A program made the position numbers and the translations under genes. Source: Clostridia bacterium (GTDB taxonomy: Bacteria; Bacillota; Clostridia; Oscillospirales; CAG-272). Taken from it: a stretch of DNA of 64,000 nt. Below the pieces are notes generated by a model. The model ran no database searches, was not told where the DNA came from, and saw nothing but the letters and a program-made list of their open reading frames with translations. Of this stretch, positions 46,201 to 54,127 are shown piece by piece. Location of the stretch: the NCBI GenBank assembly GCA_028720145.1, contig JAQYLJ010000067.1, positions 27,890-91,889 on the forward strand, given 5' to 3'. Each line of letters opens with the position of its first letter. Positions within the stretch are counted from its first letter, which is position 1.

Positions 46201-49200
46201 CTATACCGACATCAATTTGCAGATTACCTCGCAAGACTATACCACACCAACCCAGTTATGTGATGATCCCTACCAGCAAGTACGATTCCGTGTTGGCGAC
46301 GGGTTTATACTGGCGTTTGTGTTTGACTCAATGAATGAGTATAAACTTTTGGCGATGGGCGACAACTCCAAGGGGCAGTGCGGTAACTACGGAGGCGGCA
46401 CGATCAATTCGTTCTCGCCTATGAAAGACGCAAACAATAATGATGTTACGGGCGTTCGCGACATCTATATCGGCAAAGATTTCGTCGTCGTCTTCAAGTT
46501 CGACGGCTCGGTATGGGTGTGCGGTAACAACGAAAACGGACAACTCGGTATCAATAGTTCCGAACCCATTGTCTATGTGCTCACGCAGGTCGCGCAAAAC
46601 CTGGACAACTACTCGAAGTGGGCGGTCGGCGGCAGCCACCTCGTCGCGCTCAAAAACGACGGATCGTTCTATGTTACGGGTAGCAACGCGGCAGGTCAGC
46701 TCGGTTTCGATTCTTCTGTCGGAAAGAAGATGGTTCTCACCGAAAGAAAACTCACAGAAGCGCAACTCACCGCCACTTCGCTCGCAGACATTACCGCAGA
46801 CTTCAACATGGATTTGAGGGTGGTAACCGGACTGCTTGAATTCAACATCAACATGAACGCAAACACCGGCGATCCTGCGGACGACAAGGTAGCAAAAACC
46901 CAACTCCATAAACTCTATGTGAAGGATTTGCCCGACCCCGAATGGGACGAGTTCCACACCTTTGTGGGCTGGTTCACGGCGGCAGAGGGTGGCGAAGCGG
47001 TCACCGACCGGACCCTGACCGAAGACATCGAGATCTTCGCGCATTGGACTCTGAACTATAAGATTACTCTTGACGCGCAGGGCGGTTCGACTTCTTCCGC
47101 ATATCTCGTCACGAAGGACGGGAAACTCACGACCCTTCCCAACGCGAAATACGATGCTTCGCATCTGTTCTTCGCCTGGTACACCGAGAAGAACGGCGGC
47201 GGGGAAGAGGTCACGCTCGATACCGTGTTCACCGCGGACACCACGATTTATGCAAGTTACATCACCGTGGGCAAGACGATTGACCGTATCGAAAAGACGA
47301 CCGAAGGACTTGTCGATACCTATACCATCTATTATACCGACGACACGACTTACTCCTTTACCGTCACCAACGGTTCGAGCGGTTCGGGCAGCGGCTCCAG
47401 CGAAGCGCCTTCTATCGGCGAGAACGGCAACTGGTGGATTGGCGAAACCGATACGGGTGTGAGCGCGAGCGGTACGGACGGTGCGGACGGCGCAGACGGG
47501 AAGACCCCGCAACTCCGCATCAATTCCGAGACGAATATGTGGGAAGTCTCCTACAACGAGGGTTCCACTTGGACCTCGCTCGGCGTGAAAGCGACGGGTG
47601 CCGCAGGCGCAGATGGTGCTGACGGCAACAGCATCGAAAAGGTCGAAAAGATCAGTACCGAAGGGCTGGTCGATACATACCGCATCACCTTCACCGACGG
47701 CTCGACCTTCGACTTCACGGTGACGAACGGTGCTGACGGCACGGACGGCACAAACGGCAAGAAACTGGAAATGCAGATCAATGCCGAGACCAACGAGTGG
47801 GAGTACCGCTATGAGGGCGATACCGAATGGACTTCCACCGGCGTGAAAGCGACCGGCGCGAACGGCTCCGACGGTGCAGACGGGAAGACCCCGCAACTCA
47901 AAATCGGCGAGGACAACTACTGGTATGTATCCTATGACGACGGTGCGACCTGGACGAGCCTGAATGTCAAGGCGACAGGCGAAAAGGGTGCGGACGGCAC
48001 GGACGGCGTGACCCCGCAGCTCCGTATCAATTCTTCTACGAACTATTGGGAAGTGTCGTACGATAACGGCACGAGCTGGAACTCTCTCGGCGTGAAGGCG
48101 ACGGGTGAGGGTGCGGGCTCGGGCTCAGGCACCGACGGCATCACTCCCAAACTCCGTGTGAACGCGGAAACCAATGAGTGGGAAGTCTCCTACGACAACG
48201 GCACGACCTGGGAATCCCTCGGCGTGAAAGCGACCGGCTCTGACGGCGCAGACGGTGCCGATGGTGCAGACGGCAAGAAGATTATCATTCGCATTAACCC
48301 GACCACGGGCGAGTGGGAGTATCAGTACGAGGGCGACACCGAATGGACATCTCTCGGTGTGAAAGCCACCGGCGAAAAGGGTGAACAAGGCGAAAAGGGT
48401 GAAGACGGCAGAGGCATCGTCAAGATTGAAAAGACGAGCACAAGCGGTCTCATCGACACTTACACCATCACCTACACCGATGGCACGACTTCGACCTTCA
48501 CTGTGACGAACGGTCAAGGTGGTGCGAACGGCGCAGATGGCGCGGACGGCGAAGACGGTATCACCCCGCACATTGGCGCGAACGGCAACTGGTTCATCGG
48601 TGAAACCGATACCGGTGTCAAGGCGGTCGGTACCAATGGTACCAACGGCGCAGACGGTGCCGATGGTGCAGACGGCAAGAAGATTATCATTCGCATTAAC
48701 CCGACCACGGGCGAGTGGGAGTATCAGTACGAGGGCAACAGCGAATGGACCTCTCTCGGCGTGAAAGCCACCGGCGAAAAGGGTGAACAAGGCGAAAAGG
48801 GTGAACAGGGTGAAAAAGGCGAACAGGGTGAAAAAGGTGAGCAAGGAGAAAAGGGTGATACCGGTGAAAAAGGCGACGCCGGCAGAGGCATCGTTAAGAT
48901 CGAAAAGACCGGCACTCAGGGTCTGATTGACACCTACACCATCACCTACACCGACGGCACGACCACGACCTTCACCGTGACGAACGGTTCCGACGGCGGC
49001 AGCGGCAGTAACGGTGCCTACGGTGGCAACCCCTTCACGGGTTCCAACGGCAACTGGTGGATCGGCTCGACCGATACGGGCGTGAGCGCGGGCGGCGGTG
49101 TCGATGGAGCGACTCCGCAGTTCCGCGTCAATGCCGATACAAAGGAATGGGAAGTGTCGAACGATAACGGCACGACCTGGCTCTCTCTCGGCGTGAAAGT

Positions 49201-49378
49201 CATTGAACAACAGGTCGGGGAGAATGGTGAAAACACCACGCTCGCGACGACCGTCGGCTGTTCCGCGGCACTCGTGGCAGTGGTCATCGCCATCGTCATC
49301 ACCATTCTCGCCATTCGCGATAAGAAACGGATGCAGAAAGTTCTGGACTCCATGAAGAACGGCGAGGATAAAGAATGA
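43232..49378 (+). CDS. giant (2048 aa) mosaic cell-surface protein: signal peptide, beta-helix-like region, RCC1 repeats, Listeria-Bacteroides (Flg_new-like) repeats, collagen-like G-X-Y linkers alternating with three short module types, C-terminal TM anchor
   Basis: GGAGG RBS and signal peptide (LMLACVLCLTLVLVFLV…ASA). Six or seven RCC1 signatures are present (GGNEFGQLG, GDNTYGQLG, GKNDHGQLG, GDNSKGQCG, GNNENGQLG, GSNAAGQLG) at about 45560-46720. Two HxFxGW(F/Y)T…W units lie at about 46955-47260. Repeated modules span 47279-49200. The TM is AALVAVVIAIVITILAI, followed by a basic tail. Confidence 0.9.
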   Translation: MIAKTNGKWKGILGMTLMLACVLCLTLVLVFLVPGTKASAAAPVRPDGSFTNISNSYDATNYMSNVYGGEYNYLLTEDGIQMNANMVIADHAVVNLCLNGHDLNFASGYNIQIIDGVLNIFDSGSVKSLYGVDTGEGTGEGTELLPVFINGYNGTLNVVGSTVDSLGPVTVGIYGSVGVYGGGKIINSSLGESESPTVSKGIAISLSSGAGNLTLSDGATIGYLCGGGTINANGYGGTVNILPHGVSTFKNISAENINMIDSSGNYFMETSGDDIVITANVTYTVVLKNAKLDERFYETSLLTAEGSGVVITENEYNGYNIVQSFKAGTGTFKELIVTVKDGYLLPAYFEEQAGIEDPYVLASGYQGLKLTRSGNSLYVRCSNWTGDTDITVSVAGTEPAEGDVVCDGIKFTTPINQSGACTQGSGYAGDWGSSYTGPDGSFSILNMCVTSTMSLYLEEDVVMFTHGSIGSSGDYTAEYPPENITVDLYLNGHTLTLYGSGGDSAGITVYPNASFNIYDSAAGTGKIVLESQDDSQYDSGLLDNLCVLAVKGGTVNLYGGTLSGYFEAVRLEPSAKYTQTTSQDELGNTITTKKYSTTTFRMFGGELNIKYTKYAVNIVAALYASQDITYEENVIHNFAAHDIKIYGDSKLTGVISTTQDTDLNFDAYGFTGDAISIRANKAREGEVLCRHTTANKINFVNKGFTAIDDEVNEGNVIVKPAMEISLIPDEHSVFSNGSESGITSFGALQGKTLAEAGLQLVADAGYEAKEYIYQAIIVGVAAGDDFTVLLLSDGSLWACGGNEFGQLGNKSFEGSSAFIPMQTESGAIKGVSAVYAKGQMVVARMNDQSTMACGDNTYGQLGVNSTETKVNYFMPMVDAEGKTLSNVVNVYMGGNHTFVQNFNSDTRIYDLYACGKNDHGQLGIGSTEDKNILIKVTVSEGITDYFSVECGVDFTVFNTYWNHSFITFMAGNGAFLSTLNGHIYSSGDWNYTDINLQITSQDYTTPTQLCDDPYQQVRFRVGDGFILAFVFDSMNEYKLLAMGDNSKGQCGNYGGGTINSFSPMKDANNNDVTGVRDIYIGKDFVVVFKFDGSVWVCGNNENGQLGINSSEPIVYVLTQVAQNLDNYSKWAVGGSHLVALKNDGSFYVTGSNAAGQLGFDSSVGKKMVLTERKLTEAQLTATSLADITADFNMDLRVVTGLLEFNINMNANTGDPADDKVAKTQLHKLYVKDLPDPEWDEFHTFVGWFTAAEGGEAVTDRTLTEDIEIFAHWTLNYKITLDAQGGSTSSAYLVTKDGKLTTLPNAKYDASHLFFAWYTEKNGGGEEVTLDTVFTADTTIYASYITVGKTIDRIEKTTEGLVDTYTIYYTDDTTYSFTVTNGSSGSGSGSSEAPSIGENGNWWIGETDTGVSASGTDGADGADGKTPQLRINSETNMWEVSYNEGSTWTSLGVKATGAAGADGADGNSIEKVEKISTEGLVDTYRITFTDGSTFDFTVTNGADGTDGTNGKKLEMQINAETNEWEYRYEGDTEWTSTGVKATGANGSDGADGKTPQLKIGEDNYWYVSYDDGATWTSLNVKATGEKGADGTDGVTPQLRINSSTNYWEVSYDNGTSWNSLGVKATGEGAGSGSGTDGITPKLRVNAETNEWEVSYDNGTTWESLGVKATGSDGADGADGADGKKIIIRINPTTGEWEYQYEGDTEWTSLGVKATGEKGEQGEKGEDGRGIVKIEKTSTSGLIDTYTITYTDGTTSTFTVTNGQGGANGADGADGEDGITPHIGANGNWFIGETDTGVKAVGTNGTNGADGADGADGKKIIIRINPTTGEWEYQYEGNSEWTSLGVKATGEKGEQGEKGEQGEKGEQGEKGEQGEKGDTGEKGDAGRGIVKIEKTGTQGLIDTYTITYTDGTTTTFTVTNGSDGGSGSNGAYGGNPFTGSNGNWWIGSTDTGVSAGGGVDGATPQFRVNADTKEWEVSNDNGTTWLSLGVKVIEQQVGENGENTTLATTVGCSAALVAVVIAIVITILAIRDKKRMQKVLDSMKNGEDKE
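48773..48889 (+). repeat. collagen-like G-X-Y tract (13 triplets, mostly GEK/GEQ; 18-bp tandem unit) inside the giant gene
   Basis: GEKGEQGEKGEQGEKGEQGEKGEQGEKGDTGEKGDAGRG. The paralogous position at about 48371-48415 has only 5 triplets. Confidence 0.9.
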
Positions 49379-50526
49379 AAGTACTGACAGTATTGCTGTT
49401 CATCGGCTTGGCGGTGCTGTGCGGCTCATTCGGGTATCTGCTCTATCTGACCTTTCACAAAACCGACGACAAACCGAAAAGCGGGCATGTCGCTACGGAA
49501 AAACAAAAGGATAGTGTTTCGCAAAAGACTTCGGGAACGGTCGTTCCCGAAGTCGCCCCCGCCGCGGGCAAAAAGCCCCCTGTGGTACTGCCGCCCGTCG
49601 GGGACGAGAGCGAAAACGGGGTGAGACAATGGGACGCGGCGAAAAATCAATACCTGTTTTTCCTCTATAACCGCAGTTTCACCGCGCGGCTGATTCAGGC
49701 GGACGACGAGACGAAATCCTACTATTCTGTTCTAAAGAACGAGATTCTCTCCTACGGGAAAATCGGGAGCCGCATCAGTTGGAAACACGAACTGTTCCGT
49801 GTGAGCAGAGAGCCGGTCATCCGCATGAAATTCCGCGGCAAGACCTTGTGCCTGTATTTTGCGTTGACCCCCGCGGACTACGCGCTCACCAAATACAAGG
49901 TCGAGGATGCGTCCGATGCGGCGATGAACGCCGAACTGCCCTGTCTCTATCGCATCTCCAACGACCGCAGATGCGCTTACGCAAAGGATCTCATCGCCGC
50001 GGTCATGGCGAAGTACGGGCAGACAAAGATGAAGACCCTCGACACCGATTATGTCGCTCATTATCCGTATGAGGCGAACGAACCGCTGATTGCCCGCGGG
50101 CTCATCAAGCTGGTGTCGCAATCGGACGCGCAAAGCGGCTCGGAATCCGTGCCGCCCGTTTCGGAACCGCAGGCAGACGAAGAAGAACTCTCGGCTGCGA
50201 TGGCGTCGCCCGACCCGAATCTCGCAGATATCGACTATGTGGATGAGGGAGATACGGACTTTGTGCCGACCGCGGACACGCCCGGCGTGGAGGTCATCGG
50301 CATCGTGTGGCCGGAAAAGAGAAAGAACAACAAGATTTATCGCTACGACCCGAACGGAGAGACCATCTCCGCAGGCGATATCGTACTTGTACCCTCTTTT
50401 GATGCGGTACACGGGAAAGAGGTCGTCCGAAAGGTCGCGGTGGCGAAGGGTAATTACCGAGAAGGCCCCGAAAAATTGCCAAAGACCCTGAAAAAACTCA
50501 TCAGCGTCGTGACTCGTAAGAGTTGA
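49375..50526 (+). CDS. hypothetical membrane-anchored protein, translationally coupled to the giant surface-protein gene
   Basis: ATGA start/stop overlap and an N-terminal TM (VLTVLLFIGLAVLCGSFGYLLYL). No catalytic motif is recognised. A terminator follows at 50540-50579. Confidence 0.7.
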   Translation: MKVLTVLLFIGLAVLCGSFGYLLYLTFHKTDDKPKSGHVATEKQKDSVSQKTSGTVVPEVAPAAGKKPPVVLPPVGDESENGVRQWDAAKNQYLFFLYNRSFTARLIQADDETKSYYSVLKNEILSYGKIGSRISWKHELFRVSREPVIRMKFRGKTLCLYFALTPADYALTKYKVEDASDAAMNAELPCLYRISNDRRCAYAKDLIAAVMAKYGQTKMKTLDTDYVAHYPYEANEPLIARGLIKLVSQSDAQSGSESVPPVSEPQADEEELSAAMASPDPNLADIDYVDEGDTDFVPTADTPGVEVIGIVWPEKRKNNKIYRYDPNGETISAGDIVLVPSFDAVHGKEVVRKVAVAKGNYREGPEKLPKTLKKLISVVTRKS

Positions 50527-50539
50527 GACGCGCACGGCG

Positions 50540-50579
50540 GCGGGCAGACGCGAGTCTGCCCGCTGTCTTTTGCCTTTTT
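50540..50579 (+). terminator. intrinsic terminator ending the giant-protein operon
   Basis: GCGGGCAGAC-gcga-GTCTGCCCGC, followed by TGTCTTTTGCCTTTTT. Confidence 0.8.
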
Positions 50580-50665
50580 GTCCGTTTGGATTCACAAGTC
50601 CCCGTTTTGTGCTCGGGTGTATGCGTTTTGTGCTCGCATATCCCCGCGGGAGCACCTCGCGAGGG

Positions 50666-50694
50666 TTGCAATCCTCCCGGGATTGTTGTAAAAT
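50666..50694 (+). promoter_or_regulatory. promoter of the U32-maf-nth-toprim operon
   Basis: TTGCAA-17-TAAAAT. Confidence 0.55.
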
Positions 50695-50822
50695 GAAAGA
50701 AAAGTCGCCTCTCAGGGGCGAAAGGGTCCCGAGAGGGAACCGATAAAACCAAAACACGAACAATCCGAAGACGCCAAAGAACCAAGCAAACAAAAGGGAT
50801 TCTTTCGGGAAGAAAGATAGCG

Positions 50823-52856
50823 ATGAGAGGGGGCGAGGAGATGAGACGAGAGACGAGCTTACCGGAACTGCTCGCACCGGCAGGGAGTGAAGAGGCGTTT
50901 TACGCCGCGCTCGCAGCGGGAGCGGACGCCATCTATCTCGGGGGCAAGCAGTTCAGCGCACGCGCCTATGCCGAGAACTTCGATGACGAGACCCTCGCCC
51001 GCTGTCTCGCCGCCGCCCATGCACGTGGGGTCAGGGTCTATGTCACGGTGAACACCCTGCTCTATGAGCCCGAACTCGCGGACGCGGTGCGGTACGCCGA
51101 GACCCTGTGCCGTCTGGGCGTGGACGGCATGATTACGACCGATGTCGGGCTCGCGGACTATCTGCGGGAGCATCTGCCCCAGTTGCCTCTGCACGCGTCC
51201 ACCCAACTCTCGCTTCACAGCACGGCGGGCGCGGTCGAGGTCTCCGACCTCGGGTTTACCCAAATCGTGCTCGCGCGGGAACTCTCGGAAGAAAATATCC
51301 GCTCGGCGGTCGAAGGGGCACCCGCTCCCGTCGAAGTCTTTATTCACGGGGCGCTCTGCGTCTCCCACTCGGGACAATGCCTGTTTTCCTCGCTCGTCGG
51401 CGGGAGGAGCGGGAACCGCGGAGAGTGCGCGCAACCCTGCCGCCTGCCTACGAAAGACGGGAGTTATCCCCTCAGTTTGAAAGACCTGTGTCTTGCCCGC
51501 CATATCCCCGCTCTCATTGATGCAGGGGTGGCGTGTCTCAAAATCGAGGGACGCATGAAACAGCCCGCGTATGTCGGGCGGGTGACCGCCATCTACCGCC
51601 GTCTGCTCGACGAGAGACGCGCCGCGACCGACGCGGAGTATCGGGAACTCGAAGGCATCTTCTCGCGGAGCGGGTTCACCGACGGTTATTTCACGGGGAA
51701 AACCGAAAGTGCCATGACGGGCGTCCGACGGGAACAGGATAAAGATGAGAGCCGCGCCGCGGTCTATCAGCCGCCGTGCCTGCCCCCTGTTCCCCTGACA
51801 GCGGAGGCGGAAATTGTCGAGGGCAGACCCGCTACCTTGTGTCTTACCCGCCCCGATGGGGCAAATATCCGCGTGACGGGGGAGACCCCCGCGCCCGCGC
51901 GCTCGTCCCCCCTGACCCCCGAGGGAGTCAAGACCCGACTCGGGAAATGCGGCGGGACCCCCTATCTCCTCCCGCCCGAGAACATTCGTCTCACCCTCGG
52001 CGAGGGACTGAACCTTTCGCCCGCTTCTTTGAACGCCTTGCGCCGCGCGGCGCTGGACGGGCTCTCGGGCGCACGAGACGAGATTCCTGCGCTCCCCATC
52101 CCCGAGAAGGTGACGGCGGGATTCGCGGGACCCGAGAACAGCGCGCTGTTTTTCTCTGCCGCGACCTATGCCGCCCTCGGCGAGGAACGCGACTTCTTCT
52201 CGGTGGTGTTCGTCCCGCTTTGGGAGTACGACACGCTCGAAAATCCGCCTGTCGGCGTATGGCTTCCACCCGTGATTACCGACAAAGAGGAGCCGGAAAT
52301 ACGGCATCTCCTTGACAAAGCGAAGGCGCGCGGAGCCACTCACGCTCTCGTGGGGAACCCGGGACAGGTGAAGCTCGCCCGCGAGGCGGGACTGACCGTC
52401 TTCGGTGACTTCCGACTCAATATACTGAACAGTCGCGCCGCCGCCTACTGGCATCGGCACGGAGTCTCGGACGCGGTGCTCTCGCCCGAACTCACGCCCG
52501 CAGGGATGCGGGACATCGGGGGGCGCGCCATCGTCTACGGGCGCATTCCTCTCATGCTGACCGAGCGGTGCTATATGAAACTCTTCGGCGGGTGCGTCAG
52601 ATGCGGGGAAGTCCCGCTCACCGACCGCACGGGGACGGAGTTCCCGCTCGTGCGGATTCCCCCACACAGAAATATGATTCTCAACAGCGTACCGACCTAT
52701 GTCGGGGACAGACGCGATCTCATCCCCGCGGGGGTACGCGCCCACTTCATCTTCACAACCGAAACGCCGGACGAATGCCGTCGGGTCCTCGCCGCCTACC
52801 GCCGCGGGGAACCCATCTCGGGCGCGTACCGCCGTTTCCCCAAATCCAGGAGGTAA
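50823..52856 (+). CDS. U32-family peptidase-like protein (family now linked to RNA hydroxylation)
   Basis: PELLAPAGSEEAFYAALAAGADAIYLGGKQFSARAYAENF and the ExxxxC region (GECAQPCR). 677 aa. The start is either ATG 50823 or ATG 50841. Confidence 0.85.
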   Translation: MRGGEEMRRETSLPELLAPAGSEEAFYAALAAGADAIYLGGKQFSARAYAENFDDETLARCLAAAHARGVRVYVTVNTLLYEPELADAVRYAETLCRLGVDGMITTDVGLADYLREHLPQLPLHASTQLSLHSTAGAVEVSDLGFTQIVLARELSEENIRSAVEGAPAPVEVFIHGALCVSHSGQCLFSSLVGGRSGNRGECAQPCRLPTKDGSYPLSLKDLCLARHIPALIDAGVACLKIEGRMKQPAYVGRVTAIYRRLLDERRAATDAEYRELEGIFSRSGFTDGYFTGKTESAMTGVRREQDKDESRAAVYQPPCLPPVPLTAEAEIVEGRPATLCLTRPDGANIRVTGETPAPARSSPLTPEGVKTRLGKCGGTPYLLPPENIRLTLGEGLNLSPASLNALRRAALDGLSGARDEIPALPIPEKVTAGFAGPENSALFFSAATYAALGEERDFFSVVFVPLWEYDTLENPPVGVWLPPVITDKEEPEIRHLLDKAKARGATHALVGNPGQVKLAREAGLTVFGDFRLNILNSRAAAYWHRHGVSDAVLSPELTPAGMRDIGGRAIVYGRIPLMLTERCYMKLFGGCVRCGEVPLTDRTGTEFPLVRIPPHRNMILNSVPTYVGDRRDLIPAGVRAHFIFTTETPDECRRVLAAYRRGEPISGAYRRFPKSRR

Positions 52857-52862
52857 TTCATC

Positions 52863-53453
52863 ATGGAACTTCTGCAACTGCCGAAAGACATTCCCGTCGT
52901 CCTCGCGTCCAAGTCGCCGCGCAGACGGGAACTGCTCGCGGGGATGGGAATCCCGTTCACCACCGTCACCTGCGAGGTGGACGAGAGTTATCCTGACCTC
53001 ATGCACCCGCGGGACGCGGTGCGTTTCCTCGCCGAGAAAAAAGCGCGCGCCGCTGCGGAGACCCTCGAAGAGACGGCGGTCGTCATCGCGTCGGATACTT
53101 TGGTGGAGGTGGACGCCGTTCCGCTCGGGAAACCCAAAGACAAAGAGGACGCGCATCGGATGCTCGCCCTGCTCTCGGGCAGACACCACAATGTCCATAC
53201 CGGCGTCTGCGTGATTTACGGCAAGCAGATGATCTCCGCCGTGGACACGACCGATGTCTTTTTCCTGCCGCTCGACGACGAGGAGATCGACGCGTATATC
53301 GCCACGGGAGAACCCATGGATAAGGCGGGTGCCTACGGGATTCAGGGCATCGGCGGGAAGTTCGTCTCGCATATCAACGGGCATATGGATACGGTCATCG
53401 GACTCCCCTGTGAACTCCTTTCGGAACTGCTCTCCGAGGTGGTATGGCAGTGA
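52863..53453 (+). CDS. maf: Maf-like nucleoside triphosphate pyrophosphatase
   Basis: VVLASKSPRRRELL, SDTLVEVD, KAGAYGIQG. Confidence 0.9.
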   Translation: MELLQLPKDIPVVLASKSPRRRELLAGMGIPFTTVTCEVDESYPDLMHPRDAVRFLAEKKARAAAETLEETAVVIASDTLVEVDAVPLGKPKDKEDAHRMLALLSGRHHNVHTGVCVIYGKQMISAVDTTDVFFLPLDDEEIDAYIATGEPMDKAGAYGIQGIGGKFVSHINGHMDTVIGLPCELLSELLSEVVWQ

Positions 53454-54127
53454 TGCGGAGCGAGAAAGAAAAGCGCGCCCGTCTCGCCGCCATCTCAGAT
53501 GCGCTCACCGAACTCTACCCTGACGCCGTCTGCGCCTTGGAATACGGAGGTGACCCGTGGAGACTGCTCGTGATGGGGCGGCTCTCGGCACAATGCACCG
53601 ATGCGCGGGTCAATCTCGTGTCGCAAGAGTTGTTCCGTAAATTCCCGAATGCCGCGAGCATGGCGGCGGCACCCCTCTCCGAGATCGAAGAGATCGTCCG
53701 CCCCTGCGGGCTCTATCACACCAAAGCCGAGAATCTCCGCGACGCGTCCGCGATGCTGGTAAACGAGTACGGCGGGATTCTACCCGACGAGATGGACGAA
53801 CTGCTCAAATTCCCGGGCGTGGGACGGAAGATAGCCAACCTGCTGCTCGGCGATATTTTTCACAAGAGCGCGGTCGTGACCGACACCCATTGTATTCGCA
53901 TCTGCGGGCGGTTCGGGATGTACCCCGAGACCCTCAAAGACCCGTATCGGGTCGAGAAGATTCTTGTCAAATTGCTTGTGCCCGAGACCTCGTCCGACTT
54001 CTGCCACCGCATCGTCCTCTTCGGGCGGGAATACTGCCACGCTCGCGGACCGAAGTGTGGGGACTGCCCGCTCGCGGCAAAAGGGCTCTGCGAGCATCGG
54101 ATGCGCGAGGTACGCCATGGCGGATAA
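53444..54127 (+). CDS. nth: endonuclease III
   Basis: HhH-GPD (LLKFPGVGRKIANLLLG), the catalytic Asp region DTHCIRI, and a 4Fe-4S loop (CHARGPKCGDCPLAAKGLC). Confidence 0.92.
   Translation: MAVMRSEKEKRARLAAISDALTELYPDAVCALEYGGDPWRLLVMGRLSAQCTDARVNLVSQELFRKFPNAASMAAAPLSEIEEIVRPCGLYHTKAENLRDASAMLVNEYGGILPDEMDELLKFPGVGRKIANLLLGDIFHKSAVVTDTHCIRICGRFGMYPETLKDPYRVEKILVKLLVPETSSDFCHRIVLFGREYCHARGPKCGDCPLAAKGLCEHRMREVRHGG

Noticed and set aside
48245-49010. Diversity-generating retroelement (template/variable repeat pair) in the giant gene
   Set aside because: The four mismatches between the near-identical copies are not adenine-specific (G/A, C/G, A/C, T/C). No reverse transcriptase gene is in the window.
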